Shown in pieces: positions 12,813 to 24,589 of a stretch of 64,000 nt of DNA. The stretch's first letter is position 1. Each line of letters begins with the position of its first letter. Below the pieces are notes generated by a model. It was not told the DNA's origin, ran no database searches, and was given only the letters and a program-made list of their open reading frames with translations. The DNA is taken from NCBI GenBank assembly GCA_951406725.2, contig OX597823.1, positions 61,256,001 to 61,320,000 on the forward strand. Reading direction: 5' to 3'. Source of the DNA: Octopus vulgaris. Its lineage: Eukaryota. The translations under genes and the position numbers were made by a program.

Positions 12813-13593
12813 GGGTACAGGACATCTCCAACTGTGTAAACAACATAAAATATGTAGACAAATGAGTTAAATACATAAACAAGGCAAAAAAATGGAAAAC
12901 AGAACAAGTAAACACAGAGAAACGACACTTCATCAGTTGTCAGCTGTCCGTCTACTCCTAATTTCGAGCATTCAGTGACAATAAGAGTCTTCAAAGACAG
13001 CTGCTCCCATAAATTCTAAAATAATATTTAGGATTTATGGAGTGTCAAAGTTGGAAACAAAAACAGGACAGTGGAAACATACTAGGAAACTGGATGAAAG
13101 CAAATATAGATGGTCGTTAAACCAGAATGAGAGGAAAATAGTGAATGCTGGGAGATATATTTTCTTTGAAAAGAGAAAAGATAGAAAAAATGTCCAGTCC
13201 TTTGAATGTCTGTACAGAAAAAGAAAGATGATCAGATGAGGAAAAGAAAGATGTACAATGGTCATATGTGAGCAATGAGAGAAAGAGAAAGAGAGAGAGA
13301 GAGAGAGAAAGAAGACAGTGAAAGAGGGAGAGGGAAAAAGGGAATTAGAGAAGGATGGAGGAAGAAAACAATATAGAGTAGAAAGTCGTATCAAAATGGT
13401 GAAGATAAATTTACTTGGATGTGGATGCGTGGAGTTCAATTAAATAATAATAATAGATACTATATTTATATATATATATTTACATGTAGACAAACAAGTT
13501 AAATACATAAACGAGACAAAAGAATTGGAAAACTGGACAAGAAAACACAGAGAAACGACCCTTGGTCAGTTGTCAGCTGTCTAGGTATATATA

Positions 13594-13749
13594 TCATCAT
13601 CATCATCATCATCATCGTTTAACGTCCGCTTTCCATGCTAGCATGGGTTGGACGGTTCAACTGGGGTCTGGCAAGCCCGAAGGCTGCACCAGGCCAGTCA
13701 GATCTGGCAGTGTTTCTACAGCTGGATGCCCTTCCTAACGCCAACCACT
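13594..13749 (-). mobile_element. RTE LINE 3' tail fragment
   Basis: Second, slightly diverged tail copy next to the large RTE, separated from it by (TA)n. Confidence 0.85.
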
Positions 13750-13984
13750 ATATATATCATCATCATCATCATCATCATCGTTTAACGTCCGTTCTCCATG
13801 CTAGCATGGGTTGGACGGTTCGACCGGGGATCTGGAAAGCCAGAAGGCTGCACCAGGCTCCAGTCTTATCTGGCAGTGTTTCTACAGCTGGATGCCCTTC
13901 CTAACGCCAACCACTCCGTGAGTGTAGTGGGTGCTTTTTACGTGCCACCTGCACAGGTGCCAGGCGAGGCTGGCAACGGCCACG

Positions 13985-14735
13985 GTCGGATTGGTGTATT
14001 TTATGTGCCACCTGCACGGAAGCCAAACGAGGGGGTGCTGGCATCGGCCACGAGTCGGATAGTGCTTTTTACGTACCACCAGACCAGGGATCCTGGCTGG
14101 TTCAATTCGATTTCGATTTCGCTTGCCCCAACATGTCTTCGCAAGCAAGGGGGTTGGCATGGGTGCCTGTCGTACGGTCAGATTGGTGTATTTTACGTGC
14201 CACCGGCACGGAAGCCAGTGGAGGCGGCGCTGGCATCGGCCACGAGTCGGGTAGTGCTTTTTACGTACCACCAGACCAGGGATCCTGGCTGGTTCAATTC
14301 GATTTCGATTTCGTTTTCGCTTGCCCCAACATGTCTTGGCAAGCAAGGGGGTTGGCATGGGTGCCTGTCGTACGGTCAGATTGGTGTATTTTACGTGCCA
14401 CCGGCACGGAAGCCAGTGGAGACATCGGCCACGAGTCGGATAGTGCTTTTTACGTACCACCAGACCAGGGATCCTGGCTGGTTCAATTCGATTTCGCTTG
14501 CCCCAACATGTCTTCGCAAGCAAGGGGGTTGGCATGGGTGCCTGTCGTACGGTCAGATTGGTGTATTTTACGTGCCACCGGCACGGAAGCCAGTGGAGGC
14601 GGCGCTGGCATCGGCCACGAGTCGGATAGTGCTTTTTACGTACCACCAGACCAGGGATCCTGGCTGGTTCAATTCGATTTCGCTTGCCCCAACATGTCTT
14701 CGCAAGCAAAGGGGATTGGCATGGGTGCCTGTCGT
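13985..14735. repeat. ~180-bp tandem repeat, about 4 copies, in the RTE 3' UTR
   Basis: Block gattggtgtattttacgtgccacc...gggatcctggctggttcaattcgatttcg...ggcatgggtgcctgtcgt recurs four times. Confidence 0.9.
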
Positions 14736-14818
14736 CGGATGAGGTTCTATATCGACTTCGCTTGCCTCAACAGGTCTTTGTGTCCAAGGGAGGAAAGGCA
14801 TTCATAAGTGGGCTGGGC

Positions 14819-16211
14819 TCACTTGTCCTGCCTGGTCTTCTCACGTACAGAATATTTCCAAAGGTCTCGGTCGCTGGTCATTTCCTCAGTGAGGCCTAAA
14901 GTTCGAAGGTCGTGCTTCACCACCTCGTCCCAGGTTTTCCTGGGTCTACCTCTTCCACGGGTTCCCTCAACTGCTAAGGATTGGCACTTTCTCACACACC
15001 TATCTTCATCCATTCTCGCCACATGACCATACCAGCGCAATCGTCTCTCTTGCACACCACAACTGATGCCTCTTAGGTACAACATTTCTCTCAAGGTGCT
15101 AACGCTCTGTCGAGTATGTACACTGACATTACACATCCATCGGAGCATACTGGCTTCATTCCTCACGAGCTTACGCATGTCCTCGGCAGTCACGGCCCAT
15201 GTTTCACTGCCATGTAGCATGGCTGTTCGTACACACGCATCATACAGTCTGCCTTTTACTCTGAGCGAGAGGCCTTTAGTCACCAGCAGAGGTAAGAGCT
15301 CCCTAAACTTTGCCCAGGCTATTCTTATTCTAGCAGTTACACTTTCAGCGCACCCACCCCCACTACTGACTTGGTCACCTAGATAACGGAAGCTATCAAC
15401 TACTTCTAGTTTTTCCCCCTGGAAAGTGACGGAAGTTATTTTCTGCAGATTTTCGGAGGTTAATGCTCCAGAGCATTTGCCACATACAAAAACTATCTTC
15501 CCAGTTAGCCTACCTTTGACATTGCTGCACCTCTTATGTGTCCATAGCTTACACTGGGTACATCTTATAGAGTTTCTACCTACACCTTTTCTACAGATCG
15601 AGCAGGGCCATCTTCCTGAAGACATTTGTGGATTGTCTACCTTCCTACTTATTAGTACTTTGGTTTTAGCTAGGTTGACTCTAAGGCCCCTCGATTCTAA
15701 ACCCTCCTTCCACACCTGGAACTTCTCCTCCAGCTCTGATAGTGACTCAGCAATAAGAGCAAGGTCGTCAGCGTAGAGGAGCTCCCAGGGACAACCTGTC
15801 TTGAATTCCTCCGTAATTGCCTGGAGGACTATGATAAATAGGAGGGGGCTGAGTACTGAACCCTGGTGGACCCTAACCTCTACTTTGAATTCTTCTGTGT
15901 ACATGTTGCCAACCCTAACCTTACTTACGGCATCTCTGTACATGGCTTGCACAGTCCTCACCAGCCATTCATCTATCCCCAGTTTCCTCATTGACCACCA
16001 GATAAGGGATCGGGGGACCCTATCAAAAGCTTTCTCCATGTCAACAAAAGCCAGGTACAGGGGCTTATCTTTGGCTAGGTATTTCTCCTGCAGCTGCCTT
16101 ACCAGGAATATAGCATCAGTGGTACTTTTCCCTGGCACGAACCCAAACTGCATCTCATCTAAACTAACTCTCTCTCTAATTAGTTGGGCTATGACCCTCT
16201 CCGTAACCTTC
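14819..16211 (-). CDS. RTE reverse transcriptase ORF (N-terminally truncated) with inserted PHD-like zinc finger
   Basis: Motifs QFGF, DMEKAFDRV, HQGSVLSP, YADD, FRYLG, GSETW, RLRWYGHV and RGRPRKTW in one uninterrupted frame; the listed ATG at 16264 lies in flanking microsatellite DNA. Confidence 0.9.
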
Positions 16212-16556
16212 ATATATATATATATATATGTGATAAATAAAAATATATGCATACATACAAACATATATGTACGTACCTACATCTACATATATATATACAT
16301 GCATATATAAATAATTATACGTGAGTACAGGACACCACAATAAGACGTAGACGGGAAAATCAAAAAAACAAAAAACAAGAAAACGAAAAAACAAAAAACA
16401 AGAAAACGAAAAAAACAGTTACAGGACGTGCTACACAAGGAAAAAACCCCCGTCATCAGCTGTCGCTAGTAGAGTCAAGCATGTTTCGAAGGTAGAGACA
16501 GAAAAACCCCCGTCTTCAGCTATCTATATCTATCTATCTATGTATGTGTGTGTGTA

Positions 16557-16641
<85 letters not shown>

Positions 16642-16690
16642 ATATATATGTATATATGTGCCTGTGTATATGTATATATAGACATATATA

Positions 16691-17777
16691 TTGGGTTGTC
16701 TGGAAAGTTTGTTCCGATTTTTAAAGGAAAGAAAAAGGTCAATAAATACTTGCCATTACATTTTTAATCAACTAAATATGAACCATTTTGTTGCATAATG
16801 CGTCTCCATCTTTCCTTTAACTTGAAAATACTCTCTTCCCGGAATTGAGGTGGTTTCATGGCAAAGAATTCATTAAGGTGTCATTTTACATCAACCAAGG
16901 AATTGAAATTTCAGGTCTCTGTTCTGAAGAGACCTGAATAAGTGGAAATTCAAAGGAGCAATATCTGGTGAATATGGAGGGTGGGGTAACACATCCCAGC
17001 CGAACTGCAGCAATTTTTGTCTGGTTCCCAAAGAAATATGTGGTCTTGCATTATCAAGTTGGAAAACAACACCCTTTTTGTTGGCCAATTCTGGATGTTT
17101 CTCCTGAATTGCTGCTTTTAACTTGTCCAGTTGTGTGCAGTATTTATTAGAATTAACGGTCTGGTTACTTGGGAGAAGCTCATAGTACAGAATTCCATTC
17201 CAATCCCAGTGATCCAAAAGGTTCTTCTCACTCAACTCATGTGGTACCCAAACATCGTAGCGATTTGTGTACCCAAGCTTTACCAGGTGCTCATGAATGA
17301 CGGATTTTGATAGGTTGAGGCTTTCTACCAATTCTCGGATTGTGCAATGTGGGTTATTTTCAATTAATGACTTGATTTGGCCATCATCTGTAGTGGATGG
17401 TCTGCCTGATCGCTCTTTATCAATAAGGCTACAATCTCCAGCTCAGAACCTTGCAAACCACTTCCGTACAGTTCTTTCAGAAAAGAAACATCACCGTAAA
17501 CTGTGCATAATACTTTGGTTGCTTGTGAGGCACTTTTCCCTTTACGGAAAAAGAAAAGCATCAAGTGCCGAAAATGAACTTTCATATCTTCCATTTTAAA
17601 GGGTTACAGAATTAACACGGGTTGTAGGAGCATAAACCTTCTTCCACGAAAAGATAGCTTAAACTGTGCTCTAAATGGAGGTGCAGTCAAATCTTATTTT
17701 ATGGACTCAAACCATGTTCTAAAATAAGTCGAAAGGTAAGCTACTATAAATCGGCATGAACTTTCCAGACAACCCAG
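16691..17777 (-). mobile_element. mariner transposon, internally deleted and frameshifted
   Basis: ~30-bp TIRs (ttgggttgtctggaaagttt...aactttccagacaacccag) with TA flanks; transposase motifs WVPHEL, DNARPH, HPPYSPDIAP; the segment with the first catalytic Asp is deleted. Confidence 0.92.
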
Positions 17778-17797
17778 TATATATATATATATATATA

Positions 17798-17950
17798 TTG
17801 TTGTTGGCATCCGTTTTGTCTTGAGAGACAATGGAGTTGTGCATAAAATAATCTAGTCCGGCTTTTACATTTCATGTCCTAATACATCTCCTGCTGTGGC
17901 TGTTTAGTCCTATCCTTGACAAAAACTCCCTCTGGCAGGTGCCGCAAATG
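17798..17950 (-). mobile_element. 3' end of BovB-like RTE family
   Basis: Reverse complement matches 29830-29980. Confidence 0.8.
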
Positions 17951-18035
17951 ATATATATATATATACACATATATCATCATCATCATCATCATCATCAATG
18001 TCTGTGTTCCATACTGGCGTGAGTACGTATGTATG

Positions 18036-18060
18036 TAACAGCAGCAGCAGAGGTTGTAGT

Positions 18061-18099
<39 letters not shown>

Positions 18100-18139
18100 C
18101 AGCAGCAACAGCAGGAGCAGCAGCAGTAGCAGCAGCAGC

Positions 18140-18193
<54 letters not shown>

Positions 18194-18197
18194 GGTA

Positions 18198-18242
<45 letters not shown>

Positions 18243-18400
18243 ATGGCAATAGTGGCTGACGGTTGACATGGTGATGTTGAAAGCAACAAGAAACAACACC
18301 AAAACGATGTAGGTAGTGACATGGTGGTGGTGGTTGTAGTAGTGGTGGTGGGCACTGGTGGAAGTGGTGTGGGCTTGGTTGGTGGTGGTGGTGGCGATTA
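18036..18400. repeat. (AGT)n/(AGC)n/(GGT)n compound trinucleotide tract
   Basis: Direct trinucleotide runs. Confidence 0.9.
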
Positions 18401-18862
18401 TGTAGAGCAGAGTTGGCTGAAACATTTACAGTCATTTTCTTCCCTCCGAAAGATTTTGGACATAAACTGTTCATGTCCAATGAGGTGAAACCACTTCAGA
18501 TATGGTACACTTTATTTTGAATTGTCATCTTACCTTTTGTGTATTAGAAGCGACAATTGTTGTTTATTTTCTTTTTCTTTTTTCTTTTTTTTTTCATAGA
18601 AATCAATATTGAAAACAAACTCTGTACAAAACCAACAAATATCAAGTGTGCATTTGTTAGCATTTACAGTATTGTATGGTGGCGAAGTTAGGTGCTTTGC
18701 ATTCACTGGATGTAAAAGGATGTTGAGAATATAACAACAACAATGACAACAACAACAGCAACAACAACAACAACAACAACACAACAATAGGAGAGCAGAC
18801 TTTTGGCTATAAATATTTTAGACAATAATAACAAACACATTAAACTATATTTCTATCTCTAT

Positions 18863-19093
18863 TTAACCATTTCCATACCAACCCAGCTGAAACTGCCTCT
18901 GGCTCTGAAGTACAAATATCTTGTTTTCATAAGTTTTGAATAAAAATTCTTCCATTAAACCTTAGTCACAATTTATGTTCCTAACACTAGCTTAATGATA
19001 ACTAAGCTATTTTAATAAATTCTTTGTTATATTTAAAATTAATTGAAAGAAACACAGAGCATCTCAAAATAGATACAGTAATGAAAGGATTAA
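18863..19093. mobile_element. piggyBac-like MITE, family B
   Basis: TTAA at both ends; homologous to 5900-6126. Confidence 0.7.
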
Positions 19094-19306
19094 TCTATAT
19101 TTATAACTCTGTTAAGAGATATTTAATAAATTTAGAACAATATTTTGCTTGATATTTTCAGAGAGTTTTCTATATTTCATGTATTTTTGTGCTGTCTCTT
19201 TAGCATATCTATTTAATCTCTCTTTGACACACACGCACACACATATATGTATGTATATATGCATATGTATTTATGTATGTATGTATGAATGTATGTATGT
19301 ATGTAC

Positions 19307-20050
19307 GTCATTGTTCAGTTTTATTTCGAGATTTCTTGCCAATAAAGAACTTGTTTCTAACCAAGATTCAAGGCTCCTTCATTGGAATTTCAACATCAAC
19401 AACAGGGTATTTTCGTATGTACGTATGTATGTATGTATGTATGGATGCATGCATGCATGTATGTATGTATGTATGTATGTATGTATGTATGTATGTATGT
19501 ATGTATGTATGTATGCATGTATGTATGTATGTATGTATGCATGTATGTATGTATATGGGCAGATTTGTATGTTCTGCTTCATGTATGTATTCTCATGCAT
19601 ATAGTTGCATATCTAGACATGCTCATATATATTTAAATGAGTCACTTCTGGAAGGTTTTACAGATTTTTACAGTTCCAGTGATGGATTGGATGTGTAGTC
19701 TTCGAATTAGCTTTCTCCTTTCTGGTTTTGAGAAGCCTAATTTCTCAAGATTGGTATTTAGGCAGTGTGTTGCATATCCCAAAGCCCTAATAATTACAGG
19801 TATCAACCTGAACTTGTAATCTGGATAGAGTAACAGCAGATTTCTTTATAGTTCAGCACAGGTATTCTCTTTTTCACTGATCTTCAGCTTTATGTTAACA
19901 TCCACTAAGCAGCTAATTTCCACCACTGTGCACAGTTTCTCTTCTCTATCCCAAATCCTTATGTCAGGTCTGTTGCGCTTGCATTTTATCGAGGCCTTCA
20001 CTGGGACATTGCACCAGTACTCCTCTTTATTATGAGTGGCTATGGCTTCT
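19307..20050 (-). mobile_element. 3' fragment of a restriction-like-endonuclease (R4/NeSL-like) LINE in (TATG)n
   Basis: Translation EYWCNVPV...NRPDIRIWD...VVEISC...EKENT, then IPVIIRALG...QSITGTVKICKTFQK*; flanked and interrupted by (TATG)n. Confidence 0.8.
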
Positions 20051-20249
20051 ATGTATGTATGTATGTATGTATGTATGTATGTATGTATGTATGTATGAAT
20101 GTATGTATGTATGAATGTATGTATGTATGCATCAATGTATGTATGTATGTATGTATGTATATATGAATGTATGTATGTATTTATGTATGTATGTATGTAT
20201 GTATGTATGTATGTATGAATGTATGTATGTATGTATGAATGTATGTATG

Positions 20250-20280
<31 letters not shown>

Positions 20281-20298
20281 GTATGTATGCATGCATGT
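20050..20298. repeat. (TATG)n microsatellite
   Basis: Direct tandem repeat. Confidence 0.95.
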
Positions 20299-20533
20299 TT
20301 GTATTCTATCAACAATTCCTAACTTCAAGGGAATATTTACCCAGTACATGTACTCCCTTAGGTTCCGAGAAAGGGTAAGCTTCATTTCCTCACCTGCTTT
20401 TAAAATTTCTATATTCTGACATACTAAATATATATGCATCGCTATAATCACAGAGAGTTCCACAGCATTATGCCTTCTAATACGATCATTTATACGTAAT
20501 GTGGCTAGAATTATGATGCTACTGGAACAATTC
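20299..20533 (-). mobile_element. second REL-LINE fragment
   Basis: Translation includes RRHNAV and YWVNIPLK, resembling the RH(D/N)...W motifs that precede the PD-D/ExK core. Confidence 0.45.
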
Positions 20534-20534
20534 A

Positions 20535-20765
20535 TCATCACCATCATCATCATCATCATCATCATTTAATGTCCATTGTCCATGATAGCATAGGTTGAAC
20601 GGTTTGACCAGGGCTGGTAAGCTGAGGAGCTGCACCTGACTCTGGTCTAATTTGACATGGCTTCTATGGCTGGATGCCCCTCCTAATGCCAACCACTCCG
20701 AGAGTGTAATGAGTGCTTTTATGTGCCACTGGCACAGGTGTCAGTCGCATGACACCAGTATCTTC
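20535..20765 (-). mobile_element. RTE 3' tail fragment
   Basis: (ATC)n plus ggctggatgcccctcctaatgccaaccactccgagagtg block. Confidence 0.8.
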
Positions 20766-20949
20766 CACAATCAATATTAGTTTTATGCTATGGTGATGAC
20801 CTGCAGAAGCATTTCACCCATCTATACATTCCGAGTTCAAATTCTGCCAAGGTCTCCTTTGTCATTCATCCTGTCAGGGCTGATAAAAAAAAGTACCAGC
20901 TGATAACTGGGGTCAATGAATGTGATTGACTTAAACCTTCCCCTGAAAC

Positions 20950-21089
20950 TGCTGGTCTTGTGCCAAAATTTGAAACCAATTTTGAACTTCTGCTATATTG
21001 ATATTTTCTTCCATTTTCATGCTGGTCTTGTGCCAAAATTTGAAACCAATTGTGAACTTCTGCTATATTGATATTTTCTTCCATTTTCA
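20950..21089. repeat. 70-bp direct tandem duplication at a SINE 3' end
   Basis: gctggtcttgtgccaaaatttgaaaccaat...cttccattttca occurs twice in tandem. Confidence 0.9.
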
Positions 21090-21109
21090 ATATATATATA
21101 TATGTATGT

Positions 21110-21144
<35 letters not shown>

Positions 21145-21267
21145 AAAATTTAGATTCAGATGAATATGGTACCTAAGTTGAGGCATCACAATTTAGTACA
21201 GTTTAATCAATACAATTTTAAAATAGGTGATTAAAATCAAAATAAGTAACAAGGATATCCAGAGGTA

Positions 21268-21356
21268 ATGCAGTACGATCATTTCATGCAACTCCATTTA
21301 ATTGAACAATGCAATCATTACATCAATTTAAAATGTAGAGCAATCTTCAGCTGCAC
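21268..21356 (-). ncRNA. minimal type I hammerhead ribozyme with long stem II
   Basis: Minus strand: GUGCAG-CUGAAGA-[58 nt]-GAAA-U-GAUC-GUA-CUGCAU; 6-bp stem I, palindromic GAUC loop, GUA cleavage triplet. Confidence 0.75.
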
Positions 21357-21405
21357 AAAGACATAGAATTTAATTAAATTAGATCAGCTGGACACATTAG
21401 TAAGT

Positions 21406-21732
<327 letters not shown>

Positions 21733-21801
21733 TATCACTCTAATTTGGGTATTCGAGTACTATTTTTTCACCTTGTTTTGCACTTATGTGCTCCCCTGTA
21801 T

Positions 21802-21845
<44 letters not shown>

Positions 21846-22125
21846 ATGTGTGTGTGTGTGTGTGTATTTATGCATATGATATATCATATATATGTATGGA
21901 CATAAGCATGTATGTGTAATCCATGATCTATTATCTATGATAGCTTTTCAAAACTCAATAATCACCAAATATTATATGAATATTAGTTTGGCAACAGTGT
22001 GTTCAACTTGAAAAGCATCAAACAGTCAAGCAAAATGGGGAAAAATTCCCACAACACTAAATATATGAATCAGATGCCTACAATAATTACCTGATAATTA
22101 GGCATAGACACATACACTAAAAAAC

Positions 22126-22322
<197 letters not shown>

Positions 22323-22329
22323 ATAATAA

Positions 22330-23135
22330 TTAAATTATTATATACAGTGCTCAGGTGCATATAAACTTGCCAAAGTGCGTATAAAGCATATGCAGTAATT
22401 TACAAATGTCTGGAAAGTGAACAGTGTATGAGTCAGATACATTCTTGCATGTGTATGGAGGGGAGAAAATCAGGTGTAGTGTTGGCAAATCTCAGCAAGC
22501 ATGGAAGTTTTGAAGGATGCAGTACTCCGACAACTAACAACTGATACCGGCAGTTTGTTCCATACTTCAGCAACTCTTAGCATGAAAAAATGTTTCCAAA
22601 AGTCATGGAAGCTGTGCTGTTTTCTGACTTTGTAAACATGTCCATGGGTGTTAGACAGGTGGAGTTTGAAAAGGTGCTCAGTTATTGTTAGTAAGATGGT
22701 TAATAATTTTATGGGTGTCTGCCAAGTCACCTGCCAGACGTTGGAGTTTCAATGTATCCATGCCCAGGAAAGTAAGGCATTCAGAATATGGCAAATGCTT
22801 GATGGAGAGTATTCTCTTGGTAGCACGTCATTGAACGATTTCCAAACGATTAATATCCTGGGCAAGATAGGGGTTCCAGACTGGTGATGCAAATTCCAGG
22901 TGAGGCCACGACATAGCTATATAAAACTTCAGATAGATAGCCAGAGAGCAGCTCATAAAGGACTTGGTAAGTGATGCCAAGACACCCTCAGCCTTCTTGG
23001 CAATTTTAGCAATGTGTTTTGTCCGACGCAAATCGCTGTAGACAATAATGCCCAGGTCACGTTCACAAGAAGACTTTTTGAGATTAGTGTTGTGGAGGGA
23101 GTAAGTAGACACTTTTGTGATATCATGATTCATTC
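22330..23135 (-). mobile_element. CR1-type LINE 3' fragment (pseudogenised RT C-terminus)
   Basis: ERDLGIIV, PHLEFASPVWNPYL...LEIVQ, HFFMLRVAEVWNKLP. Confidence 0.85.
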
Positions 23136-23439
23136 AAATAGAGAGTTGTTGACTGAGATGCATTCAGATTTAGGGTTCTTACCTAGTCTCCCTTGAAGAA
23201 ATTCGTACAGGTTTCATTTGAAGGTGATGGAATCTTTTTCTTCTTTGATTTGTTTTAAGAAAAACCCAGTGTCTTCTTACTCCCTCTACAACACTAACCT
23301 CAAAAAGTTGAAGAAAAGTAACTGTGTTGCAGTGAATTTATGTGTTGTGAGCCTGAATTGTGTAGGGGATGTGTGGCAAGTGCCCCCACCACCTATCATT
23401 GAATAAATTCGGAATATAATGTTAAAGTTATCTGAGAAA

Positions 23440-23900
23440 TTCTGGTGGTATATTCTTCACATTGTACAAATTATGTAGCACTAATGGCAGCACTGGAGAG
23501 AATAAAGATTCAATATGTTTGAAAGCAGTTCCAATAATCAAGATCAGTCATGCCTTTTATTTTCTAAGCGAATGTTCTCTGGGATGGCTCAGTTTTTATA
23601 ATGTTTTGTTTGGTGTGGAAAACCACAAGGGAGGTGGCAGTATTCTGGGTGTGACTAGCCAAAGGAGGAGAAGGACATGATTACATCTTGCTCTCTAGAC
23701 TGGAAATTTCTGGGGATTGAGGAGCTCATCCTGTGAGCTATATCTGCTTTATTGTTGATGTGGGTACTCCAACTGAAATTGTTGTCAACAATCACTCCTA
23801 AGTGCCTGATAGTATTAGATGCTGTGAGTAATTTCTTTGGAGGAAGAGAATATGGTTGTTTGAGCACAGTCTTTCCAAAGTGCATGAGTTCAAATTTTCC
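23440..23900 (-). mobile_element. second CR1-type LINE fragment
   Basis: KFELMHFG...IRHLGVIVDNNFSWSTHI. Confidence 0.75.
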
Positions 23901-23929
23901 CTATATATACATATATAGAAATACATACA

Positions 23930-24412
23930 AGAAGAATTTTTTAAAGTGAGGAAAGGCTGTGCACTGAGTCAATCCCACTCACTAAGCAACAGCAGCCATA
24001 ACCCGAAAAGAAGAACAAGTCAACATCAACGGTAACCACTGAGCTGCAATTTTTATGTCGGAGTTATCCCAGTTACCTGAGTTACCTTCTCCTAGAAGGA
24101 TGCCCTAACAAGGGCTAGGAGTCCTTCACTTCCAATGGTTTAACCACGTGATCGGGTATTCAGTCCGATTATTTCATGATACAGCCTTAAGCCTTAAGAA
24201 GAAAAAAAATTACACATTTATTGGATGGCCGTTGACTCCCAAGAGTTCCTCTACCCTTTGACGGGTTTTGTTTTTCATACTGTAGGGTGTCCAATAAACA
24301 CCCTCCTCACCAAGCAAGCTTGGTGGGTTGCCAGTTTAGTCGCTGACGGCCTGACCATGTAACAGGTTGTACTGGGTTACATGTTACCAGTAGCACTCGA
24401 AAGTGACTTGAC
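23930..24412 (-). mobile_element. probable RTE-type 5' UTR fragment
   Basis: Relatively GC-rich structured island between (TA)n runs; the block ccttctcctagaaggatg...aagggcta resembles RTE 5' regions (from memory). Confidence 0.35.
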
Positions 24413-24503
24413 ATATGTATATATATATATATATATATACACACACATATGTATGTATACATATAAATATATATATATATATATATGTATTACACACACA
24501 CGC

Positions 24504-24569
<66 letters not shown>

Positions 24570-24589
24570 ACATATATCGATGAGAGAGT

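Larger units (their letters stand above)
13758..16211 (-). mobile_element. 5'-truncated RTE-clade non-LTR retrotransposon
   Basis: RT ORF, ~1 kb 3' UTR and (GAT)n tail; both ends lie in (TA)n. Confidence 0.93.

Noticed and set aside
13798-14807. Long overlapping ORFs (314, 275 and 224 aa) with repeated peptides
   Set aside because: They lie in the GC-rich tandem repeats of the RTE 3' UTR, are open on both strands and show no recognisable domain.
15066-16310. Plus-strand ORFs opposite the RT
   Set aside because: Antisense shadows of the RTE ORF.
17995-18480. His/Pro-rich ORF followed by poly-Leu, resembling a signal peptide
   Set aside because: The Leu run is a (CTA)n microsatellite, all three frames are open, and the ORF ends in an RTE tail relic. 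It cannot be supported as coding, though it is not excluded.
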